Assembly (NCBI GenBank): GCA_003614145.1
Contig: KZ987740.1
Coordinates: 1 to 34,220 of the forward strand
Length of the DNA: 34,220 nucleotides
Direction of reading: 5' to 3'
Source: Piptocephalis cylindrospora
Lineage: Eukaryota
The notes beneath the pieces were generated by a model. That model had not been told where the DNA came from and made no database searches. It saw nothing but the letters and a program-made list of their open reading frames with translations. The position numbers and the translations under genes were made by a program. This document shows, piece after piece, positions 20,247 to 30,496 of the stretch; position 1 is the stretch's first letter, and the number at the start of each line of letters is the position of its first letter.

Positions 20247-21074
20247 CTACTCATCGTTAGTGTCCTGGGTATCCTCAGAACTTCCATTGGAGGAAGCTTT
20301 AGAGACCTTATCGGCAGGGAGAACACCAGTAGCCTTAGAGTTGGCAGCCTCACCAGCATAAATGGAATCAAGATCAGGAACCGCAGTGGTGGCAGGAGCA
20401 GGATTGGTTGAGCCCCAAGAGACCGAGTACCATTCGGAAGGAAGCTTCTCCGGGTTGTCTCCGGGGAGTAGAACGGCCCTTTGACTATCCTTCTCGGTGG
20501 CGGTGGCACCTTGTAGGATCCGCGCCTCAACTGAGCCATCGGGATGTAAGGCAGTAACGGAGAAGTTGGACGTTTTCATGATCTTTTGCGCACCCTGAAT
20601 ATCAGGAAGGCTGGCCTCTGCCAATCCTGATAGCCACCAAGCCCCAGATGCGTTTTTCATACCGAGACCAATGGTCGTGAAATCAGTAGAAAGGATAGAC
20701 TCGGGAGAGGGCTTGAAGTAGTCCATACCATTGGTATCTTTAAGGTAAAGGGTATTCGATAACGACAACGACTTTACAGTTGTGCTTACGTTTTCAGTGT
20801 CCTTTACCCCCGCGTTCTCTGTTCTTGTATCCACCTGGTAGACACAACCTGGTTCGGGCGCCCCAGTCCGACGAAGGACGGCAATCGGACTGCCTCCGCC
20901 ACCAGCACAGAGGAAGTAGAGAGTAGTTTTGTTCTGCTGATCGACATACTGAGTGACAAAGGAACGGTAATCGCCCCACTCCAAGATCGTTCTCGAAGGA
21001 CCATCCGAGAATGGAAGGGAGAGGCAGGCGGGAAGGGCCAGCAAGAGGGCTGCAAGGGAGATGGAAAGCTGCAT
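20247..21074 (-). CDS. Secreted orphan protein, 275 aa
   Basis: Clear signal peptide (MQLSISLAALLLALPACLS), intronless, beta-rich looking body and an acidic Ser/Thr tail. No recognised domain. Confidence 0.8.
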   Translation of the reverse strand: MQLSISLAALLLALPACLSLPFSDGPSRTILEWGDYRSFVTQYVDQQNKTTLYFLCAGGGGSPIAVLRRTGAPEPGCVYQVDTRTENAGVKDTENVSTTVKSLSLSNTLYLKDTNGMDYFKPSPESILSTDFTTIGLGMKNASGAWWLSGLAEASLPDIQGAQKIMKTSNFSVTALHPDGSVEARILQGATATEKDSQRAVLLPGDNPEKLPSEWYSVSWGSTNPAPATTAVPDLDSIYAGEAANSKATGVLPADKVSKASSNGSSEDTQDTNDE

Positions 21075-21189
21075 TGTATGAGAGTAGGTGGGAAGATGGG
21101 AAAGTGGAGTGGTGGTTGGGAAAGGGCAACGAAGTCCGGCAACGTTGGATCAGGGAGGGAAAGGCGGGAGGAAGACGGGAAGGAGGAGT

Positions 21190-21259
21190 GGAGAATGGAG
21201 AGTGGAGAGTGGGGAATGGGGAATGGGGAATGGGGAGTGGGGAATGGGGATGAGGGAAT
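21190..21259. repeat. Heptamer repeat GGRGART (GGGGAAT/GGAGAGT), ~9-10 units
   Basis: The sequence reads ggagaat ggagagt ggagagt ggggaat ggggaat ggggaat ggggagt ggggaat ggggat. It lies ~115 bp upstream of the ATG at 21074. Confidence 0.9.
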
Positions 21260-21665
21260 ATGAACGTAAAGTGTAAAAAGGGAAACTGCATCCCCTCCTA
21301 TTTATCTCTTCCTGCAGGAGGCTGCTTGGGCACGAGATCTCCCGGCTCTCCAAGACAACCATAGCGGAGCCTTAATTGCATCCAAGGCATTTGCACCACT
21401 AAGAATCCTCCCATCCCCAGTGTCGTAGAGCCTATCTTAATCACAGCATCTATCGCTGTTGTCTGCTTCTAGCGGAGATAGTAGTAAAATGTATTCAGTT
21501 TAGGGCACCATTCACCTCATTCACCCCCGACAGCGTATGAAAAACTCAGCAAACTCCGCTCCACCATTCTTCTCGCATAGAATTAAGCAATGTACAGCAT
21601 AGTCCCCTCCACAGTGCATGGTCTCGGAGTGGCAATACCTACTCAGCGAATAGTCCGTATCATCC

Positions 21666-21734
21666 CTCTCGCTCTCTATCTCTACCTCTCTACCTCTACT
21701 CTCTTTCTCTCTCTCTACCTCTCTCTCTCTCTAC
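21666..21734. repeat. CT / CTCTAC microsatellite
   Basis: Runs of ctctct interleaved with ctctac/ctacct units. Confidence 0.8.
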
Positions 21735-23128
21735 AGTGCAAGGATGGTCCAAATACACTCTTCTGCAGATACTGATAAGTCGTGAGGAGTATCGTCAATG
21801 CAGCTATGAAAGCAGCGCTACACAATTGAGAGTCACACACGTATCAAACGTCTGGTATCACCACCAGTCGCCTTGAGCCTTTCTCCTAGTGTAACAGCAT
21901 GACCACGGCGGTCTACTTGATAAAGGTCATTTTTCTTTGATATCTGGCAGCATCTTCGAAATGGGGAGTAATCTAGGAGACGGATCAAGCGAGTTTCATA
22001 CGTTAGGAGCATGACTTGTAGCATTTGAATATCTGCCTTTAATCTGATACAACATCGTCCAGCATAGTATAGAATTGAATCATGATCCGACCGATTCCAA
22101 GCTCCTCTCGACCTCATTCAACTAGTGGCATGGGAAACGACGTGGAATGGGCGGAGGCACAGGTTGGATGCCCTGGTCTGATCTGGTCAATAAGGTAGAA
22201 AGAGCCGAGTGGAGTAAATGCATCAGCTGGAGTCTCATGCCAGGCCATCTTTTCCTTCCTTAGTGGACGCGTATTGACGACCTTAGCCATGGACACATCG
22301 TGCTTTCCCGTCAGTAGATGATGGATATGCTTCAATGTCTTTTTACTCATGCCACCAGACGCACCGGATGAGGACCCTTAGCCAAATAGATCAGCGCTCC
22401 TTTCCCTCTTTCTTTATAGTAATACCCATACAATTTTCAACTTTCCGATACTGTCCTAGAAAGATAGAGAGATGCGCGAAATAGAAAGAGGAACGAGTCT
22501 AGGATTGAGAGGTCATAGAGATCCGGGGATACACACACAATATTGTATTCCCCAGTTGAATTGCGCATCCTGCAACTCATTAGAATCACGAAAAGCAATT
22601 CCATCAAGGCATGCACACATTTGGCATCCTATTGTAATCCGTAAAATGCATGTGGTCACCTATTTACAGGTAATGCGGGCTTGTAAGTAGCGCCTGTCCT
22701 CCACGACATAATGGTACGGAGAAGGGTTTAATCCCTAGGGCAATCTCATTTAATCCCCCATAGACAGGCCACGATCTGGTGTGGGTCATTGAATGTCCAC
22801 CATATCCGCACCAGACACGTATCCACAAGAGGATGTACACATACTCGCCCTTTTCATACTTCCCTCCATCAACCATCGGTCGGAGCTGTCTCCCCCCTCC
22901 CCCCTTTCTTCCCTGAAATCTCTCATCCCTCCCTCCCAAACCACCCATATTATCAGTAACACATCGCCACTTGACACTTCCCCCCTCGCTACCGCACAAC
23001 CTCCAATACCCCTTTTTATCCCATGTTGCTTGCCTGCCGCTATCTCAAACATCCCTTTCTTTCCCTCTTTCTCTCTTCTTCTAAAAAATAACCTGCTCAA
23101 CTCGACCTTTTCTACCCACTCTCCTACC

Positions 23129-23823
23129 ATGCTACCAGAATTCTCCAACGAACACTCGGGATCGGTGGACACCGCCTCCTCCGAAGATATCCAACCTTTG
23201 GCTCCTCCCACCCCAACGGGCTCCTCCCGTCCTCCCCTTCCCACACCACCTTCCACGTCCACCTCTTCCTCCTCTCGTCCCCCCGCTCCGCCTTCCTCCT
23301 CAGCTCGTCCGCCTCCCCCCCCCCTACCAATGCCCCTCCCTTGCCCCCGGCCCCAAGGACCCGACCTAGCCGGGCTTACTCGGACTTTCGTGGAGCTGGT
23401 CATGCCGAAGACGGTCATTGGAATGACCCCCCCAAGGAGGCGGATGGGACAGAGGGCCTCCAGGACCCCTTGGGAACCCAGGAACAGAGACAGGCCGTCA
23501 GTGATAATGTCACAGCTCTGCTCACCACTTTGACTTCAGCCCCTTCCTCTAACTCGGATATGCCCCCGAAGCGTGCCATCGATGACATGACCAAGCGGCT
23601 TGGCATCCTCAAGGACCGAATCTTATCTCATCAACTCACTCCCCGTACCGCCACTGACCTTACTTCTCTCATCACTGCCGTCGAGAATAAGGAATGGGAT
23701 GAGGCTGGGAAAGTGTACGCCCGCATGATCCAAGAGGTGTATGAGCAGGAGGGCAAGTGGCTACCCGGGATGAAACGGCTGATTGAATGTTTGAAGAAGC
23801 TGGACAGCGATACGACAGAGTAA
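23129..23823 (+). CDS. SRA1/Sec31 C-terminal domain protein (SRAP-like), with an apparent frameshift near 23320
   Basis: The GHWNDPP motif and a C-terminal helical domain ending KWLPGMKRLI are typical of SRA1/Sec31-C. The ATG at 23129 is out of frame with the domain, and the two frames overlap across C10 at 23315-23324. Confidence 0.7.
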
Positions 23824-24800
23824 GGAAGAGAGATGGAGAAGGAACTCGTGAACCTTGCTGCTAGAGTGGTCAATATTTATAAGACATGGGGACGGGGTGT
23901 GTGGGGACGTACATAGACTCTTTTCTTTCTGGACGGATCCCGCTGATTATGTCGCCAATGTACGTGATGATTGGTGGGACAGGCCCCGAACAATGGATGT
24001 TCGCGTACTGCACAACGACGCGTCCCGCGCATAAACAGTGTTAACGTGAGTATTTATTGAGCTAGTAATCAACAAATCAACCGGGCGTCTCTCCCATCTC
24101 CTATGATCCTATAGGATTCTACCAAATGCTCCATTTCCTCAGGTACCTATTTTTTTTAGTTTTTTGAGCCATTTTTAAGGGGTACTTTTCCTGGTTATTG
24201 CTTTTATTTTCTAGGTGCGTACAATGGATAATTTATCTCATCATCTACCGTTCGTATCTCTTCAATTGCTTTATTTTATCGGGTTTATATAAATACTACC
24301 AATTCATACAAAAGATAAATGTCCCATTGACAAGCCCATTCGATATCCATTCATAAAAAAAGGCATCTATTTCTTTAGGGGCGATGGTCTTTTTCTTTAC
24401 CAGGATCACCTGGTATACTACCCAAGACAATGACCAAGTAGAAGGGGCATTCGTCATGCGGTCAGATCCTGTGGTGGTCCTACAGAGTGGGATGGGAAGA
24501 GAGGATCCGCTTCTCCCCCGCTCTGGGAGTAGTAGTCACCCAAGTGTGTGTATTGTTCAGTGATCTCCACCTCACGACTTGCATCTCACTTCGAACCCCT
24601 CCCTTCCTACTCCGCAGTGCCTCGTCCTGAAAGCTTTAGTGCCCGTGAGAGAGGGAGTCAAAGAGGGAGGGAAGAGTGAGGAGGCCAGATATACTCGGTC
24701 AGCTCCTTCTCTCTCTTTCTCCCTCTCTCTCCTCTCCATCTCACCTTGTTTCATTTCCATCTTTCTTTCCTCGGATCTCACCCCGTCCAAGCACTTTGCT

Positions 24801-26490
24801 ATGCAGGATCTCTCCTCACCCCTTCGACTACCACAGTCACCTTGGTCACTCGATCCGGACACAACCACCCCCAACCCCCCCAGACTCCCCTCCAGCCTCT
24901 TCATCCCCGAATCCCTCGTCCTCTTACAATGCCCTCCCAAGTTATTTGGAAGGCCTAGCCCTACCCCCCGATCTGACCCTACCCACCCGCTGGTCCTCTA
25001 CCGACAAGTCTGCTCACATTGCCCTCGTTTCCCCAAAGCCTCCACTACTACATGCAGCATACACGGGCCAGGGGAAGAAGGATACAGATGCTGCGTCCAT
25101 TCGTGCTGATAAGTCTGTCCCTGTGGGGTGCCCCTTCTTCTATTACGAGGTCAATATACTTTCCAAGGGCCGAGATGGGTATATTGGCGTGGGATGGAGT
25201 GCCGAGGGCCTCAACTTGAACCGACTCCCCGGATGGGACAAGATGAGCTGGGGTTGGCACGGTGATGATGGCCATCTTTTCACAGGTTCTGGTACAGGGA
25301 CTATTTTTGGTCCTCGCTTCACCACTGGTGATGTCGTCGGATGTGGACTGGACGCCGTGCAGGGTTGCTTCTTCTTCACCAAGAATGGCCTCATGCTCGA
25401 TCGAGCTTTTCGGGAATCCCCATTCCCTCATCAGGTCCCCCTTTACCCCTTTCTTGGGTTTCGTACCCCAAGGGAGGAGGCTCTGGCCAACTTTGGGCAG
25501 GATCCGTTTAAATTTGACATTACTGCCTATGTTCAGGCCAGAGTGGCTCAGCAATGGCGGAGGATTCAAGGCCCTTTAGCAACCGGTCATAGAAGCCCAC
25601 AGGATGAGTCAGGAGGGGATGAAGAGGAGGGTGGGGGGAACGCGGATACAAAGAGCTCCGGGGGTGCTCTAGTGGATTCGGACACTCGGTGGCGTCAGCG
25701 AGTCATTAAGGAGGGAAGGGAGGAGGATAGTATGGTTGAGTACGTCCTTGGTTACCTGATCTATCATGCCCATGCCCAAGCTGTCTCCTCTTTTGCCCAG
25801 CAAGTCTCCCTGGATTCTAGAATTCTTCATCACCTTTTGCGCAAGTACGGGGGTAACGGTGGGGATAAGGATGCGGGTATTGAGGGCCTCAAGGGGGACC
25901 TAGAGGTTCGGGAACGCATCCGCACTGCCCTTTCCCTCGGCGATGTGGATGAAGCTGTGCGCCTCACAAAGGAATGGTACCCGCATGTTCTGGAGGGTCA
26001 ACCCGGCCCTCGGGTTCTTTTTTCTCTAGAGGCGCGTAAATTCATCGAGCTGATGCGTTTGGTGTATGATGATGAGGAGAATGAGAGAAAAGACGGCGAG
26101 ACCAAGACCTCCAAGGGAAAGTCTAGTCAATGGACGGGGCCAGGGGGCGAAGAGGAAGAATCTCAGGAAAAGAGAATGGATCAAGTCATGGAGTATGGCC
26201 AGTACCTTCAAGAGCAGTGGGGTCATACCCAGGACCAGGATATTCTCCAAGCCCTTTCGGATACCTTTGCCCTCGTTGCCTACAAAGATGCCCGGAAGAG
26301 CCCCGTGGCCCATCTCCTTCGGAAACAGGGCAGACTTGATGTGGCCAAAGAACTCAATGCTGCCATTGTCGGGTGCGAAGAGGACATATTGGGCCGTACT
26401 ATCCGGGCTTGTGGGGCCCTAGGAGAGGTGGGACGTCGTCTTCGTGTGGCTCCACTCTCCCTAGTGGACCTCTCTCGGTCGTGTCTTTGA
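24801..26490 (+). CDS. RanBP9/10 (GID1/Vid30-like) SPRY-LisH-CTLH-CRA subunit of the GID/CTLH E3 ligase; 5' end unresolved
   Basis: SPRY motifs LPTRWS, AASIRAD, FYYEVNILSKGRDGYIGVG, LPGWDKMSWGWHGDDG, FGPRFTTGDVVGCG and ANFGQDPFKFDI. LisH-like VLGYLIYHAH, CTLH RERIRTALSLGDVDEA and CRA FALVAYKD..VAKELNAAI follow. There is no in-frame ATG before the SPRY domain. Confidence 0.9.
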
Positions 26491-26785
26491 GTCTTTGGTC
26501 TTGAGGTATAAGGAAATGAGACGTGTCGGGATATAGCCATGATGTAACGGGGATGGGCATGATTCATATGGATGATCTCTGTTCTATTTTTTGGCATAGA
26601 CTTTGATCTCAGGGAAGGAGGTCTGCGAGGGGACATGGTCTCACATACTCCTTTTAATTAGTTGCATCGCCCCTACGCCTGATCATATATGCTCCCGATA
26701 ACCAAGAGTATCATTCAACCACTCATACGGATCATGTCCATTGTATACGATCAGGCATTCCCCTCTCCCACCGTTCCCCATTCTA

Positions 26786-27637
26786 TCATAAAAATGCCCC
26801 CATCCCTGCCCCTTGCCCGTCCAGAGCTGAGCCTGCCGTGATGCACTTATCCGAAAGGACACGCATGGCTGAGAGGAAGATCTCCTCGGGAGGCACATTG
26901 CCCACGGACTCGACGTCAAAGTAAAACGTATGCGGCTCATTGTCTAGCGGACCCTGGCCCGCCATCCCATTCGGCCCATCCGTCATTTCTGCGCTCTGCC
27001 CGCCCTCCTGTTCCTCGTTGGCGTTCTGGGACTTGGGCCATTCGTCCTCGGTCTCCTCCATCCAGTACTCTAGATGCTTGAGTCGGTTGTTCGGATCATA
27101 CTCAAAGCCCACCGCCGCCACAGGCGACCATTTGGCATGCTCCTTTCCCGTACCCTTCATGGCAATGGCCTTGAGCTTGATGTGCTGTCCCTTGCGCAGC
27201 TTTACCAGCAAGATCCCGTCGTCGAAATCCGCCGACTGTACCGACTGCGCCAAATTAGTTCGTGGGATCAGTTGTCGGGACGTCACGTTAACCGTGTCCC
27301 CCGCCGTATCGCATCGTACGTCCAAGTCAAAGACCACTGCGCACTGGTCGCAGTACTCGTCGCACGTACAATCCTGGTTGTAGTTCATGCCCGCCACCCC
27401 CGCACACACAATCGGGATCAGACCTAGTCGATGGGCCAGGAACTCATCGGCCAGCACCGTCGTGTTCTCCTCAAATTCCACCTTGTCAATCGCCAGGGTC
27501 GGCACCTCGCTGATCATGCTCCGTCGCAGTGCATTGGCCACACCCAGGTCCGTGTTCCCAAGCACAAAATCCACCGTTTCTGCCGTCAGCTTTCTGATTT
27601 GAATCGTCGGTGGGCCTGTCAGGGGAGTTGGAGGCAT
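26786..27637 (-). CDS. RPB3: RNA polymerase II subunit RPB3
   Basis: Intronless, 283 aa. Motifs: ANALRRSMISEVPTLAID, NTTVLADEFLAHRLGLIP, the zinc site CTCDEYCDQC, LLVKLRKGQ, KEHAKWSP, FEYDPNNRLKH. Confidence 0.98.
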   Translation of the reverse strand: MPPTPLTGPPTIQIRKLTAETVDFVLGNTDLGVANALRRSMISEVPTLAIDKVEFEENTTVLADEFLAHRLGLIPIVCAGVAGMNYNQDCTCDEYCDQCAVVFDLDVRCDTAGDTVNVTSRQLIPRTNLAQSVQSADFDDGILLVKLRKGQHIKLKAIAMKGTGKEHAKWSPVAAVGFEYDPNNRLKHLEYWMEETEDEWPKSQNANEEQEGGQSAEMTDGPNGMAGQGPLDNEPHTFYFDVESVGNVPPEEIFLSAMRVLSDKCITAGSALDGQGAGMGAFL

Positions 27638-27976
27638 GGTCGGGGGAGGAGAGGGAGGGAGAATGGGGGAGGGGGGATGGGGGAGGGCTGGTGAAGAGCC
27701 TGACTGTTGTGGGATTGGCCTTTCTTCAAGATGGCTTCTCTAAACTCGCTCTCACCAATTCTAGCACTGGAATCCCCGCGTAAAAAGTACTTCAAAACGC
27801 GCACATGAAAAATGAATTCATCATTGAAATATCACTCAATTTTAAAAGGCCGATCTCTTGGAAATTACCCACCACCACCACCATCCTTCATCCTTCTTCC
27901 CGATTCTTCCTGGATTCCCTTCACCCCCACACGCCCTCTTTCTCTTCTAGATCCCTCATCCAGCCTCCTTTCCTCG

Positions 27977-30018
27977 ATGACCGACCCATACCAACATCTT
28001 CAGTTCCCCGACGGACCCACCTCTGTCCAATACAATGAAAAGGAAAATCATGAAGATGGGGATGATTTTGATGACACCCTGCTGGATAGTACCGCCTGGG
28101 TCCCCCCTTCCAAGGTTCGCACTGACAACGACGCCTCCCAGGACGACCTGTACGCGGTTTTAGGAGTGTCGAAAAAGGCAAATACCGCAGAGATCCACGA
28201 TGCCTACCGACACCTCTCTCGCACCTTCCACCCAGATAAGCATCCCAATATGACGGAGGCAGCCTCACGTCATTTTAAACAGATCCAGCACGCCGCTGAT
28301 ATCCTTTTGGACGAAAAATCCAGAGAAGTTTACGATACCTATGGTGAAGGTGGATTAGCCGCTGGGGTCTCTCTATCCAAATGGACGACCGCCGAGGCCT
28401 TTCGACGGGAGTTTGAACGCATGGCCCGGGAACGTCTGGAGGAGGATGTGGACAACCTGGTCAGATCCCGGGGTGAGGTGGAAATCCAGGTGGATACCTC
28501 CCTCCTCCTCGACCCTTACTCCTATGAACTCATCGAGGAGGAAGAGATGGAGGATGATATGCCTCCCAAGGGCGTCCTGAGACGGATGGCTCGTCGGGGG
28601 CATATGACCCTGGAAAGAGTGTATAATGGGGCAGAAGTATTGCAAATGGCCTTAAAGCACTCCTATGATATCCCGCTGGATGAGTCTTCCATCAATACAC
28701 TTACCCTTGCTGGTCACTCCACCTCCAGGAATGGCATGGGTGATGCTAATGTCGAGGTGACCTGGCGTCGTTCCGTCATACCCTTTCTCCCCTCTGCCAC
28801 AGGTGAGCTGACTATGGCATGCATGACACCACGTTTCCTGCAAGGAAGACTGCAGTACTCTATCTCTGCCAATGCCTTTGCCAATGCCCACGTCAAGTGG
28901 GCTTCCCCATCCGCTCCCCCACCCTTGGCCGTCACCACAGGTCGTAGGCTAGGAAAGTACTCTATGGGCCACATCTCCTACCGCACTGGATCCTACTCCC
29001 TGGGTCCGTGGGGTCGTGGGTCCCCACCCCGTCACTACTCGGCCCTGGGCATGGGCCTTCACTATGGACCTCCGGGAAAGCAGAACAAGTACGCTGCTAA
29101 TGTCCAAGTTTCCCCCGGGGAGTCCTTCCTCCATTCCGAGGTCACTCGTCCCCTTTCCCATGGTGTCACTGCCCGTGCTGATCTTCGCTTCTCCAGCCAT
29201 TCTCGTCTCACCACTTCCATTGGCACTGAGACTAAGCTAACAAAGCACTGGACTCTTTCATGGAATGGGCAGTTGGCCATGGCCGGTGGAACCACTTTTA
29301 CTCTTGGGTAATACTCTCATTTGTCTTTTTTTTCCTTTTCCATCAATGCGCTTACTTTTCCCCCCCTCACTTAATTAGGATCCAGAGACTGGGACAGGGT
29401 TTATCAATTCCTATCATCCTCTCTCCCGAGTTCTCCCCCCAACTCTTTCTTAAGGCCCTGATGATTCCGTCTTTGCTCATGGAGGGTCTGGAACGATGGA
29501 TTCTTGGGCCCCAAAGGAGGGAACGGAGGAGAATCCGAAGGGAAGAGAGACGGGAGGCGATGAAGGAGAAGAGGCAAAAGGATCAGCAGGAGGCCCTCGA
29601 AGCTAGGGAGCTCCTCACGGGTATGGTCGAGAGGAAGCGCGTCCAAGAGAGCGAGCGACACGGACTCGTTGTCCTTATGGCCGCTTATGGCCCTAAGCAC
29701 ACCCTGGAATCTTTCTTGGAATCCACCAAACGGGATGAATCTAAGACCAGAGAGCAACTCCCGACACTCTTTTCCCTCCCCGAGGATCTTACAGCCTCTG
29801 TCATCGATGCTACCCTTTCCCTTCAAGCCATGGTTCAAGAGAGCCGCCTCCTCCTTCCTGTCGGCCCCTCAAAGTCATCACTCCCAGGCCTCTACGACCC
29901 TTGTTACGGCGAGGCCAAGTCACTCCTTATCCTCTATGTTTTCCGCGGCCAATCCCACCTCATTCTCTCCCCTGACCGATCTTCTCTGATGTTGCCTCAG
30001 CGATCCCATCAGATCTAA
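27977..30018 (+). CDS. DNAJC11: DnaJ homolog subfamily C member 11 (mitochondrial J-protein)
   Basis: join(27977..29307,29379..30018); an alternative upstream ATG is at 27812. J domain: LYAVLGV..FHPDKH..YDTYGEGG. C-terminal motifs: RLGQGLSIPIILS, GLVVLMAAYG, SKSSLPGLYDPCYGEAKSLLILYVF. Confidence 0.93.
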
Positions 30019-30496
30019 AACCAAGTAATGTCGAACTGAAATGCACAATGATATTTAGATGGTAGTTGGATTGGATGAGTGTTAATGCGGGAGACTGTCT
30101 CTTTGGGGATGGGTGATATTGAATAAGTGGTGGTGACTAGTATGCCTTTTACTGATGAAGGGTTGATGGGAGGCCTATATTAGCTTTGGAAAAATAGGAT
30201 TTAGGGTATGAGATGAGATGCCTGTACCTGACTTCAGTTGCCCCCTCATCCTGCCTGGTGCTCACACATGAACTCAGGCGACCTGACGCGTCGTGGCCTT
30301 TCTGGTCTCATTCCAGGCCCCGACCAATTATGCCCCCACACTTGACTGAACAAGTCAACACCGCCTCTACTCGTGGCGTAGTGTATGACGCCTTCTTCCT
30401 CACCATCCTTCTTCCTTGCCTTCCCCCTTCTTGAGCTGCCCTTCTTCTTCCATCCCCTCTCCATTTCTTCCTTGATCTAAAGCATCTGTGACTGAT

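Noticed and set aside
21190..21259. Interstitial telomeric repeat
   Set aside because: The unit GGGGAAT matches neither TTAGGG nor TTTAGGG, and the array is short and degenerate.
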